Part shown: positions 10,725 to 19,783 of the stretch, piece after piece | How the letters are laid out: every line of letters begins with the position of its first letter | Position numbering within the stretch: the first letter of the stretch is position 1 | From: Cenarchaeum sp. | GTDB lineage: Archaea; Thermoproteota; Nitrososphaeria; Nitrososphaerales; Nitrosopumilaceae | NCBI GenBank assembly: GCA_963692915.1 | Contig: OY843584.1 | Span: 96,001 to 160,000, forward strand | Length of the DNA stretch: 64,000 nt | Direction of reading: 5' to 3' | Position numbers and translations under genes: made by a program | Notes under the pieces: model-generated | Database searches by the model: none | Told to the model about the DNA's origin: nothing | The model's input: the letters and a program-made list of their open reading frames with translations, nothing else

Positions 10725-11797
10725 TGCGCGCCTCCCCCGCCGCCCTCCTTTATGCGCTCGCCTGAGTCGCGCTCTAGGCCTGCGGCGACTCGCAGCGAGT
10801 CGACGAGGCCGTCGGCGTACCCGATGCTGAGTATGGCAAGCTCGTCCCTGCCGCACCTCAGGAACTCCTCGGCGTCGGCGACATAGTCCTGTGCGCAGTC
10901 TAGCACGCGCGTATCGCCCTCTCCGCCACCGCGCAGGCGTGCCTCGTCTATGGCCTTGCTGACCATTGGAACATACTTTACTATCATGCGGTGCGACTCT
11001 TTTCTCGACGAGTCGGCGTTTGCGCGCGGCTCGCCGATGCAGCGTGTCAGGACGCGCAGCGCGTCGGCCTCTGTAAAGTGGAGCGAGCCGGGCACGATGA
11101 TGCTGTGCGGCGCCTCGCCAACCTTCTCGTCAAGGAGATCTCCGACGTCTCCGGCCACGATGGCACAGTCATCGCGGCCAACCCTTGAGACTATGACTGC
11201 AAACGTCTCGCGCGTGAGCGCAAGCTGGCGCTTTTCGTCCTCTATTGCGAGGAGTGACTCTAGGGCGCTGCGCGGGTCTAGGAACATTCCGGCGTCCTCG
11301 TCATACTCGAGGAGGAGGACGGTGTGGCATCCGCGATCGAGGTTCTCCTGGATTATGGCGTATGGCGTGCTCGCCTCAGCACGCGTGACTGTCGTCGTGC
11401 GCCCGACCTTGTACTGGTGCAGTCCACACTCGCCGACCATGCTAGTCAGCGCAGACGCCGCATGGACGCTGCGCGTCGGCGTGCCGGCCGCCGCTGCGCG
11501 CGCGCGCAGCTCGATATGCGTTGTGGCGACGTACGGATCACCATAGCAGACTAGCGCGACATCGCCGCTCGCCGCAGCACGCAGTATCTCGCCGCCGTCC
11601 TCGACAACCCACCTCGGCACGGCCTTGAATGCCGCGCCGCCGTCCTCGACGAGGCGCCTGACCTCCTCGAGCTCCACATCTGAGACGGGGCTCGTAAAGC
11701 GTTCCATGTAGACTGTGCCTGATGAGACTATCGCCGCGCGCGCACCTTCTCCCATGGCTCGCGCGCCGCCGACTCCCATGCCGACAAAGCTCAGCAC
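10721..11797 (-). CDS. dph5: Diphthine synthase with C-terminal DUF357-like domain
   Basis: LSFVGMG, YMERFTS, GDPYVATTHIELR, GLHQYKVG, PHSIIVPGSLHFTE; tail YVADAEEFL...GYADGLVDSLR. GTG start at 11797. Confidence 0.9.
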   Translation of the reverse strand: MLSFVGMGVGGARAMGEGARAAIVSSGTVYMERFTSPVSDVELEEVRRLVEDGGAAFKAVPRWVVEDGGEILRAAASGDVALVCYGDPYVATTHIELRARAAAAGTPTRSVHAASALTSMVGECGLHQYKVGRTTTVTRAEASTPYAIIQENLDRGCHTVLLLEYDEDAGMFLDPRSALESLLAIEDEKRQLALTRETFAVIVSRVGRDDCAIVAGDVGDLLDEKVGEAPHSIIVPGSLHFTEADALRVLTRCIGEPRANADSSRKESHRMIVKYVPMVSKAIDEARLRGGGEGDTRVLDCAQDYVADAEEFLRCGRDELAILSIGYADGLVDSLRVAAGLERDSGERIKEGGGGGAH

Positions 11798-12957
11798 TGG
11801 GCCTGTCCCCTGTCGTGAAGGCGCTTTAGGTGGCGCAGCGTGGACTTTAGTATCTCTATGGACTTTAGGTACTCGGCGATCGAGACGTGCTCGTTGGACA
11901 TGTGGGCCATGTGCGGGTCTCCGGGCCCCCACGTCACGACTGGTATGGACAGCGTGTTGCCAACGACGTTCATGTCGCCGGTTCCGGTCTTTAGCACGGG
12001 CATCGGGCTTGGTGAGCCGGACTCGACGGTTCCGATCTTTAGCGCACGAACTAGAACCGAGTCTGCCTTTGCCTCAAAGGGCTCAGTCTCATCAAGTATC
12101 GAGTAGAACGCCTCGACGCCGCGCTCGGCTGCAGTATCCTTTACGCACGAGGCGATGTCCCGCTCGACATCCTTGCATGACATGGCCGGCGGGACGCGCA
12201 CGTCCATCGTCGTCTCACACTCTTGTGGCATCATGTTGTGGCTCGAGCCTCCCCTGATCTCAGTGACTGTCGCCGTGAGCGCCTTGATCCGCCTCTTCTC
12301 GGCGCTTCCTGTCTCGAGGCGGCTCTTTAGGGCAGTGATGAACGTCGCAGACTCTTCAATGGCGTTCTTTGAGAGCCATGGCGCGCCGGCGTGGCCGCTG
12401 TTGCCGACGTCGACCTTGAGGTTAATGGCGAGGCGACCCTTGTAGCCGACAGTTATCTTGCCGATCCCGCTAGGCTCGCCGAACATTGCATAATCGAGCT
12501 TTATGGGCTGCCCCGTGCGGTCGCGCACGCCGTTCTTTGCTAGGCTCTTGGCCCCGGCTGCGTTCCCCTCCTCGTCGACTGCGCCCACAAAGACTACTGT
12601 GCCGCCGTTCTCGGCTGCAGCCGCAGCCCCAAACAGCATGGCCATGAGCGGAGCCTTTGCGTCAGACGCGCCACGCCCGTACAGTCTGTCGCCCTCGCGC
12701 CTCACGCGTATCTTGCCGGGAACGGTGTCCATGTGGCCGCAGAGCATGGTCACGGGCCGGCCAGTCCCCTTTATCGCCACGACGTTGCCGACCTCGTCGT
12801 CTATGCGGATGTCGCCAAATCCCAGGTCGTCGCACTTGTCGGCCAAAAATTCGGCCATGGGCCTCTCTGATAGCGAGACCGTATAGAGACGAAGGGCCTT
12901 CTCGAGCATCTTTACGGCATACCTGTCAGTCACGGGCACGCCCACATCGGAGCTCAT
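11791..12957 (-). CDS. lysK: [LysW]-lysine/[LysW]-ornithine hydrolase (M20 family)
   Basis: GHMDTVPG, GRGASDAK, DEEG, KTGTGDMN, GPGDPHMAH; lies in the lys cluster. Confidence 0.92.
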   Translation of the reverse strand: MSSDVGVPVTDRYAVKMLEKALRLYTVSLSERPMAEFLADKCDDLGFGDIRIDDEVGNVVAIKGTGRPVTMLCGHMDTVPGKIRVRREGDRLYGRGASDAKAPLMAMLFGAAAAAENGGTVVFVGAVDEEGNAAGAKSLAKNGVRDRTGQPIKLDYAMFGEPSGIGKITVGYKGRLAINLKVDVGNSGHAGAPWLSKNAIEESATFITALKSRLETGSAEKRRIKALTATVTEIRGGSSHNMMPQECETTMDVRVPPAMSCKDVERDIASCVKDTAAERGVEAFYSILDETEPFEAKADSVLVRALKIGTVESGSPSPMPVLKTGTGDMNVVGNTLSIPVVTWGPGDPHMAHMSNEHVSIAEYLKSIEILKSTLRHLKRLHDRGQAQC

Positions 12958-13799
12958 CCTCGCGTCGCCTCCAGGACATGTGCGATAATGAGCGCGGGTA
13001 TGTCGATGCCGCAGACCCTGACGGTGTTCTTGAACTCTGTTGTGTTGTTGATCTCGTGGACGAGGAGGCCGCGCTCGTCATCCTCCATGATGTCGACTCC
13101 GACGATCTCGCCGTGAACCGCATCACGCGCCTTCATGCAGATGTCTTCCATCTCGCCGGTGACCTTGCACTCCTCGGCATGGCCTCCGAGGGCCATGTTC
13201 GTCTTCCAGTCGTTCGATGACCTGTATATCGCCGCGACTACTGCGTCGCCGACGACTATGGCGCGAATGTCGCGCGGGGGTCTCTTTACAAACTCCTCGA
13301 TATAGTGGACATGGTACAGGGGATGCATCGCCTCGCGCATCTCGAGTATGCCGTCGGCCGCATCTGCGTCACTGAGCCGCGAGACCATGCGGCCCCAGCT
13401 CCCGACTGTGGGCTTTATGACGCATGGATAGCCGATCGAGGCGGCAGCCTCAAGGGCTGCCTCCCTCGAAAACGAGACTGCCGCGCGCGGGGTGCGCACG
13501 CCTGCCTTTTTGAGGAGCATGTGCGTGTAGAGCTTGTTGCCTGCGAGGATGCCAGTCTGCAGGCAGTTGATGACGCGCGCGCCCATTCCCTCCAGGGCTG
13601 CTGTCGAGTGGACATTCCTGTAATAGCTCACGCAGCGCTGCAGTATGGTGCCGTATCCGGCCGACTCGCCGTCAGTCTGCAGCGCGATCTTGCGACAGTC
13701 AAGAACCTGGATCTCGGCGCCGGCCTTCTTTGCGGCCTCTGCGAGAGCCTTCTCCTCCCACCGAACAGTGTCGTAGAGGATCGTCGCAGCAGGCGTCAC
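12954..13799 (-). CDS. lysX: ATP-grasp LysW ligase (LysX/ArgX family), next to homocitrate synthase
   Basis: KPTVGSWGR, RPPRDIR, WKTNMALGG, HEINNTTEF. Confidence 0.9.
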   Translation of the reverse strand: MTPAATILYDTVRWEEKALAEAAKKAGAEIQVLDCRKIALQTDGESAGYGTILQRCVSYYRNVHSTAALEGMGARVINCLQTGILAGNKLYTHMLLKKAGVRTPRAAVSFSREAALEAAASIGYPCVIKPTVGSWGRMVSRLSDADAADGILEMREAMHPLYHVHYIEEFVKRPPRDIRAIVVGDAVVAAIYRSSNDWKTNMALGGHAEECKVTGEMEDICMKARDAVHGEIVGVDIMEDDERGLLVHEINNTTEFKNTVRVCGIDIPALIIAHVLEATRG

Positions 13800-13966
13800 T
13801 GCCCCCAGTCCTCGCCCACGCTCTGCGCGGGCTTTAGCGTGAGGGAGTCGCCGGCACCCTCGAGCTCAAAGCTCGAACCGCACTCGGGACATGTCACGAT
13901 CTCACCGGCCATCGCATTGTCAGGAAGCCCTATCGTCGCGTCGCACTCGGAGCACTTGGCGGCCAT
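13796..13966 (-). CDS. lysW: LysW-family amino-group carrier protein ending EDWGQ (56 aa)
   Basis: Hand translation: MAAKCSECDATIGLPDNAMAGEIVTCPECGSSFELEGAGDSLTLKPAQSVGEDWGQ*. Two CxxC zinc motifs; below the ORF-track size cutoff. Confidence 0.92.
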   Translation of the reverse strand: MAAKCSECDATIGLPDNAMAGEIVTCPECGSSFELEGAGDSLTLKPAQSVGEDWGQ

Positions 13967-13967
13967 G

Positions 13968-15152
13968 TTAGCGTCCCCTGCGCGCGCGGCGGCTATTTAA
14001 CCTTCTTTCAATCCTGTCCTCCAACGGCATCTCTAGGACATCGCCCATGCGGAGTGACTTTAGGCCATCGGCCAGGCTCCTTGCCTGCTCGTCGTCTGCG
14101 CGCATGCCGAGTATGGCTGCCAGGTGGGCCGCGCCGGCGCGACCGGCGAGCTCGCCGAAGACTATGGCTCGGCGGTTGCCCACTGCGCTAGGCGGTATGG
14201 GCTCGTATGCGGCCGGATTGTTCAGGACTGCGGCTAGGTGCGTGCCGGCCTTGTGCTTGAATGCCGACGAGCCGACTAGCGGGGCCGACTCGTGCGTCTT
14301 TATCGGCGTGTATGCGTCTATCAGGCGCGAGAGGTCGCCTAGCATGTCAAGGTGGAACGAGTTCTCTAGTCCATAGAGGTAGTGTATTGCCGTTGCGACC
14401 TCGGCTAGTGCAGGTATGCCTGTTCGCTCGCCGATGCCGTTTATCGTCGTGTGTATCTGGTCAACTCCTGCCTCACATGCGGCAAACGCGTTGGCCAGCG
14501 CAAAGCCGACGTCATTGTGAACATGGACGTCAAGGGGCACGTCACCGATTGCGTCACGAACCAGCGTGACATACCTGCGCATTCCGTGGGGAAGCATCGC
14601 TCCGGCAGTGTCTGGCAGGCTTATCCTGTCGACTCCGGCATCCCTGACTGCGGCACACACGCGTACAAGAAACTTTGGGTCGGCTCTGCTCCCGTCCTCG
14701 GCAGTAAAACGAATTTTTAGGCCGTGGGCCTTTGCGTACTCTACTGCCTCTACTGCGCGCGAGATGGCCTCGTCGTGATCTATGCGGAGCTTGTCCCTCA
14801 TGTGAATCTCGGATATCCCGAGATACACGGCACACCATGTGGCATCACAGTCGATTATCTTGTCAATGTCGGACTTTAGCGCGCGGCCATGCGCGACAAT
14901 GTCTGCGGCAAGACCCTGACTTATTATCGTGCGCGTCGCCTCCTCGTGATCCGCAGATATGACCGGCGATATCTCTATCTGGTCGACGCCAAAGTGGTCG
15001 AGCTCCCAGGCTATCTGTATGCGCTGCTTTACGCTAAATGCAATGCCGGGGTGCTGCTCGCCCTCGCGAAGCGTGCTGTCGAGTATGCGTATTCGCGACG
15101 GGCCGGTCACCATTGCGTTGTACTCGTCGGCCCTGCGGTTTGCGCTGTCCAT
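13968..15152 (-). CDS. Homocitrate synthase (LeuA/HCS family, no C-terminal regulatory domain)
   Basis: DSTLREGEQ, HVHND, NGIGERTG, HKAGTH; position within the lys cluster. Confidence 0.85.
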   Translation of the reverse strand: MDSANRRADEYNAMVTGPSRIRILDSTLREGEQHPGIAFSVKQRIQIAWELDHFGVDQIEISPVISADHEEATRTIISQGLAADIVAHGRALKSDIDKIIDCDATWCAVYLGISEIHMRDKLRIDHDEAISRAVEAVEYAKAHGLKIRFTAEDGSRADPKFLVRVCAAVRDAGVDRISLPDTAGAMLPHGMRRYVTLVRDAIGDVPLDVHVHNDVGFALANAFAACEAGVDQIHTTINGIGERTGIPALAEVATAIHYLYGLENSFHLDMLGDLSRLIDAYTPIKTHESAPLVGSSAFKHKAGTHLAAVLNNPAAYEPIPPSAVGNRRAIVFGELAGRAGAAHLAAILGMRADDEQARSLADGLKSLRMGDVLEMPLEDRIERRLNSRRARRGR

Positions 15153-15268
15153 CTCGACAGTATGTGCCTGCCGGGACGTTATAAAGATAATCGTGCGTTT
15201 GTCGGCGTTTTTGGGCATTATGTGCTGATTTATGGCGTTTTACGCACCTAGTGCGCCGAATAGCGCAC

Positions 15269-15685
15269 CTATTCGTATGTCCGCAGTATTATCGTCGTGT
15301 TCGTGTTCGTCACTCCGGGTATCTTGCGCAGCTGGTCAATGCTGTCATTGATGCTCAGTATGTTCTGTGCGCTAAGTGAGGTGATGATGTCATAGCTTCC
15401 GGTTATCTCGTGAACCTTTACGACCCCGTCGAGCTTCATTATGCGCTGTGAGACCTTGGCGACGTCGGTTCCGGACTCGACGGTCACAAACGCGACGGCC
15501 TTTGTCATGCCCTCATCTCCCATCTCGAGGGTAAAGCGCTTTATCGTCCCCGCGTCGAGCAGCGTCTTTATCCTCCGCCGGACCGCTGACTCGGAGAGGC
15601 CGACCTCCTTGCCGATATCACCATACCCCTTGCGCGCGTCCTTTTTGAGCAGCGCGATTATCTTGCGGTCCTTTTCGCTATGCAA
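15269..15685 (-). CDS. lysM: Lrp/AsnC regulator, LysM-like
   Basis: HTH (VGLSESAVRRRIKTL) plus RAM domain (HEITGSYDI). TTG start overlaps the lysJ stop. Confidence 0.82.
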   Translation of the reverse strand: MHSEKDRKIIALLKKDARKGYGDIGKEVGLSESAVRRRIKTLLDAGTIKRFTLEMGDEGMTKAVAFVTVESGTDVAKVSQRIMKLDGVVKVHEITGSYDIITSLSAQNILSINDSIDQLRKIPGVTNTNTTIILRTYE

Positions 15686-16856
15686 CCCCTCTCCTTGCCT
15701 CCTCTGCACCGAGAAGGTCGTCTAGGACACCTAAAACCCTTGCGACGTCAGCGGAGCCGACGACGAGTGGGGGAAGGAGGCGCAGTATGTTGCGCCCCGA
15801 GTAGAGGAGGAGGACGCCCTGCTCTATGCCGCCCATGATGATGTCACGCACGTCGACCTTTAGCTCTACTCCTACCATGAGGCCACGTCCACGAACCTCC
15901 CTGATGATCGCGTGCTTTTCTGCCAGCGCGCGCAACCCCGAGATTAGCTCATCTCCCACGCTTGCCGCATTGTCGACTAGGCCGTCAGTGACCAGTGCGT
16001 CAAGCGTTGCAGTGCCAGCCGCGCACGAGAGCGCATTGCCGCCAAACGTGGATGAGTGCTCGCCCTTTGACATGCTCGCGATGATCTCCGGCCTTGCGAG
16101 TGTGACGCCCATGGGGACACCACCGGCTATTCCCTTTGCGAGGCATAGTATGTCTGGCGCCGTGGCGTCGTGGTCACACGCCCACATCTTTCCAGTCCTA
16201 CCGAGGCCCGCCTGTATCTCGTCGAACGCAAGGACGACGCCTCGCTCGTCGCAGAGGCGCCGCACGTCGCGCAAAAACCCCTCTGGCGCAACGTGTATGC
16301 CGCTCTCGCCCTGTATGGGCTCGAGTATCACCATGCCCGTCTCCTCGGTGATGGCCTCACGCAGCGCCTCAATGTCGCCAAATGGCGAGAACGAGACCCC
16401 GTCGAGGAGCGGCCCGAATGCCTTGCGGTACTTGGGGTTGAACGTCAGCGAGAGCGCGCCCATGGACTTGCCATGGTACGACCCGCGCATTGCGACCATG
16501 TGGGACTTTTGCGTGAACTTGCGCGAGAACTTTATTGCCGCCTCGACGGCCTCTGCACCGCTGTTGTTAAGGTGTGCGCACGTGAGGCCATCTGGGGCCA
16601 GCGAGACTATCTTTTCGAGAAACCCCGCGCGAACCTTGCTGTATAGGGATCCGTGAACCGTGACGATCCTGTCGGCCTGTTCCTTTATTGCCGCCGTGAC
16701 GCGCTCGTTACGGTGGCCGACTAGCGCGACGCCGTACCCGCCCATAAAGTCAAGGTACTCCTTTCCGGCCGTGTCCCAGACGCGTGCCCCCTGCCCGCGC
16801 TCGACGGTAACGGGGAACCTCTGGTAGAGGCCGCCCATTATGGCATCCTCGCTCAT
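15678..16856 (-). CDS. lysJ: [LysW]-aminoadipate semialdehyde/glutamate semialdehyde transaminase
   Basis: Class III PLP aminotransferase: NSGAEAVEAA, DEIQAGLGRTG, LAKGIAGG, STFGGN. Confidence 0.93.
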   Translation of the reverse strand: MSEDAIMGGLYQRFPVTVERGQGARVWDTAGKEYLDFMGGYGVALVGHRNERVTAAIKEQADRIVTVHGSLYSKVRAGFLEKIVSLAPDGLTCAHLNNSGAEAVEAAIKFSRKFTQKSHMVAMRGSYHGKSMGALSLTFNPKYRKAFGPLLDGVSFSPFGDIEALREAITEETGMVILEPIQGESGIHVAPEGFLRDVRRLCDERGVVLAFDEIQAGLGRTGKMWACDHDATAPDILCLAKGIAGGVPMGVTLARPEIIASMSKGEHSSTFGGNALSCAAGTATLDALVTDGLVDNAASVGDELISGLRALAEKHAIIREVRGRGLMVGVELKVDVRDIIMGGIEQGVLLLYSGRNILRLLPPLVVGSADVARVLGVLDDLLGAEEARRGVA

Positions 16857-17656
16857 TGGCGTATCACCGTGCAGCGCTCATGCGCCATGGCCGCCGATAT
16901 TGGCCCCTCCCTCTTTCCGCTTGCGATGATCGCCTCGCCGACGCCACCGTCTAGTGCCTCGAGTGCGGCGATGACCTTCTTTTCCATGCCCGCGCCTATC
17001 CTCGGGCGCATCTCGCGCGCCTCGGCGGCGCTAATCCCCTCAACGAGCCTGTCATCCATGATTATCCCGTCGACGTTGGTCACGAATATGACTCTACTGG
17101 CGCGCATCGCGCCGGCCACACTGGCAGCGGCCCTGTCGCCGTCGACGTTGAGAAACTCGTTCTCCTCGCTGAGCGCAACCGGGGCGATGACTGGCGTAAA
17201 GCCCGACTCGACGAGCGAGGATATGAGCGTCGAGTTTACGCTCGATATCTTGCCCGTGTACCCGCCGTCGATCGCCTGCTTCCTGCCGCGCTCGTTGACT
17301 ATGAGGAGCCTCTTTTTCCGGTCGGCGCGAATGAGCCCGCCGTCTATGCCGCATACGCCCACTGCGTTGACTCCGCCGGCCTGCAGCGAGCGCACTATGG
17401 ACTTGTTGACGCGTCCGGCCATGACCATCGTGAATATCTCGGCTGTCTCCCTGTCAGTATAGCGGCTCCTCACGCCGCTCGGCGACGTGATAAAGCGCGG
17501 CTCGTGGCCAAGGCGGCCTGACACGTCAGTCACGTCACGCCCGCCACCATGCACTACTATGACGCCGCCCTCGGACTCAGCAGCGTGCCGTATGTCGGCA
17601 ATTGCCGACTCGTGCAGGTCGCCGACGACGCTCCCGCCTATCTTTATCGTGATCAT
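16853..17656 (-). CDS. lysZ: [LysW]-aminoadipate/glutamate kinase
   Basis: IKIGGS, VHGGG, SPSGVRSRYTD, GGYTGKI, LNVDGDRAA. Confidence 0.93.
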   Translation of the reverse strand: MITIKIGGSVVGDLHESAIADIRHAAESEGGVIVVHGGGRDVTDVSGRLGHEPRFITSPSGVRSRYTDRETAEIFTMVMAGRVNKSIVRSLQAGGVNAVGVCGIDGGLIRADRKKRLLIVNERGRKQAIDGGYTGKISSVNSTLISSLVESGFTPVIAPVALSEENEFLNVDGDRAAASVAGAMRASRVIFVTNVDGIIMDDRLVEGISAAEAREMRPRIGAGMEKKVIAALEALDGGVGEAIIASGKREGPISAAMAHERCTVIRQ

Positions 17657-17662
17657 CGCGGC

Positions 17663-18718
17663 TCACACGGGGGTGAGCGGCGAGTATAGCAGCCCCTCGG
17701 TCTCGTCGATGCCTAGCATGACGTTCATGTTCTGTATCGCCGATCCGGCAGCCCCCTTCATCAGGTTGTCTGATGCGGAGAGCGCAATGAGCCTGTTGTT
17801 TGCAGGGTCGAGGTCAAAGCCAATGTCGCAAAAGTTTGATCCCACGACGAACTTTGGGTCAGGAAACTTGTAGAGTCCCTTTTTGTCGCGAATGAGCCTG
17901 ATGAACCTCTCATTTCCATAGCGCTCGCGGTATATCCTCCAGATGTCCCTCTCATCGACGTCGCGCTCGAGGAACGTGTGGCTAGTGCAGAGTATGCCGC
18001 GCACGACATCGACTGCGTGCGGGCTCATCGAGACGGGTATCTTTGAGCCGGCCGCCTCGGAGAGCTCTTGCTCTATCTCGCCGGTGTGCCGGTGCATCGC
18101 CGGCTTGTACGGGCGTATGACGCCGGCCCTCATCGCGTGGTTTGTGCCGGCCTTTCCGCCCGCACCGGCGCCCGAGGAGCCGATCTTTGAGTCGACGATT
18201 ATGTGCTTTTTGTCGATGAGGCCCTCCTCGACGAGCGGGCGGAGCGCCAGTATCGACGTCACTGCCATGCAGCCCGGACACGAGACCAGCTTTGCGGTGC
18301 GTATGGCCTCGCGGTGGATCTCGGGCACGCCGTAGACTGAGCCCTTGAGGCCCTCGGGATTTGTGTGTGTCCAGCCGTACCACCTGTCATAGTCGGCGGC
18401 CTCATGGAGCCGATAGTCGGCGCTCAGGTCTATGACGCGCACGCCGCGATCGAGGAGCTCCTTGACGATGTCGACTGCGGTCCCGTGGGGGACGGCCGTA
18501 AAGACGATGTCGCACGCCTCGGCCATGCGGTCATAGTCGAGCTCGCTGAACTTTATGTCCCCGATTAGGCCCTTTAGGCTCGGCTGGACGCGGTGGACAT
18601 AGTCGCCGGCGTGCTGCCTCGAGGTGACCATGGCTATCTCGGCGCGCGGGTGGCCCACTAGGAGGCGCAGAACCTCCCCGCCAACATAGCCTGATGCACC
18701 AACGACGCCGGCCTTCAT
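17663..18718 (-). CDS. lysY: [LysW]-aminoadipyl/glutamyl-phosphate reductase
   Basis: GASGYVGGE, IDLSADYRL, CPGC, DNLMKGAAG. Confidence 0.93.
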   Translation of the reverse strand: MKAGVVGASGYVGGEVLRLLVGHPRAEIAMVTSRQHAGDYVHRVQPSLKGLIGDIKFSELDYDRMAEACDIVFTAVPHGTAVDIVKELLDRGVRVIDLSADYRLHEAADYDRWYGWTHTNPEGLKGSVYGVPEIHREAIRTAKLVSCPGCMAVTSILALRPLVEEGLIDKKHIIVDSKIGSSGAGAGGKAGTNHAMRAGVIRPYKPAMHRHTGEIEQELSEAAGSKIPVSMSPHAVDVVRGILCTSHTFLERDVDERDIWRIYRERYGNERFIRLIRDKKGLYKFPDPKFVVGSNFCDIGFDLDPANNRLIALSASDNLMKGAAGSAIQNMNVMLGIDETEGLLYSPLTPV

Positions 18719-18764
18719 GCCGGTGGGCTTGCGCGCGCATAATTTATACTCAATGCGCGCAGCG

Positions 18765-19619
18765 TCATCCCCTCGCCGTGCGCGCGGCAAACTCGATGAT
18801 TGCCCCCGGAACGTCGGCCTGTCCAGTGCTTGCCATGCCCCTGAACTCGACTGTGTTGTTGACCTCGTGGACGACGATCCCGCGCTCGGCGTCCTCCATC
18901 ATGTCCACGCCAAGAACGCCGCCGCCTACGGCCTCAGACGCACGCGCGGCAAGCTCTCCGATCTCCGGCGTGATCGTGCACGCCTCGGGCCTGGCACCGG
19001 CTGCAACGTTGGTCCTAAACCCGCCTGACTCGCGGTACATTGCTGCGACGGCCTCGCCGCCAACGGTTATGACGCGAATGTCGCGCGGCGGGCGCCTTAT
19101 GCGCTCCTGGAGATAGTATAGGCGGTCATGCGGCGAGTCAGTCACAGCGCGCGCCTCCATTATCGCATCAAGCGTGTCGCGATCATCCACGCTCATCACT
19201 CCACGGCCCCAGCTTCCGACGAGCGGCTTTATGACGAGCGGATAACCCTCGCGCCCAAAGCAATCGACGGCACCCTCAGCAGAGAGCGCAAAGTGCGTGC
19301 GCGGGGTCGGCACGCGAGCCTTTTGGAGCATGAGCGTCATGAACATCTTGTTGCCGCAGCGCGAGGCCACATCAAGGCTGTTTATCGACGTGACTCCGGC
19401 AAACTCGGCTATGGCAGTAAAGCACATTCCCCTGTGATAGCTCATGCACCTCTCTAGGACGACATCGCCGAGGCCAAGTGAGGCCGCGCTGCTCTGCGTG
19501 TCAGCACTTACTGCCTTTGCGTCGACCATGTGCGCCTCATGCCCCTTCTCCGAGGCGCTCTCTGCCAGCATCTTTTCCTCAACGCGGAGGCGGTCGTAGG
19601 CTATGCTTATTCTAACCAT
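18765..19619 (-). CDS. argX: Second ATP-grasp LysW ligase (probably ArgX, by position next to argG)
   Basis: KPLVGSWGRG, RPPRDIR, FRTNVAAG, HEVNNTVEF. Substrate specificity inferred from context only. Confidence 0.75.
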   Translation of the reverse strand: MVRISIAYDRLRVEEKMLAESASEKGHEAHMVDAKAVSADTQSSAASLGLGDVVLERCMSYHRGMCFTAIAEFAGVTSINSLDVASRCGNKMFMTLMLQKARVPTPRTHFALSAEGAVDCFGREGYPLVIKPLVGSWGRGVMSVDDRDTLDAIMEARAVTDSPHDRLYYLQERIRRPPRDIRVITVGGEAVAAMYRESGGFRTNVAAGARPEACTITPEIGELAARASEAVGGGVLGVDMMEDAERGIVVHEVNNTVEFRGMASTGQADVPGAIIEFAARTARG

Positions 19620-19783
19620 CACTCGCCCCAGTCTTCGCCGACCTTTTCGGCCCTCTTTAGCTCCACCTCGGAGCCGCTTCTAGAGACCTCGTAGTCGGCC
19701 CCGCAGTCAGGGCATGTGACAAGCTCGCCGGACATCGCGTCATCTGGAACGCTTAGGCCTGCGTCGCACTCGGGACACTTCAC
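19619..19783 (-). CDS. lysW: LysW/ArgW carrier protein with canonical EDWGE end
   Basis: (M)KCPECDAGLSVPDDAMSGELVTCPDCGADYEV...VGEDWGE*; GTG start at 19783. Confidence 0.93.
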   Translation of the reverse strand: MKCPECDAGLSVPDDAMSGELVTCPDCGADYEVSRSGSEVELKRAEKVGEDWGE

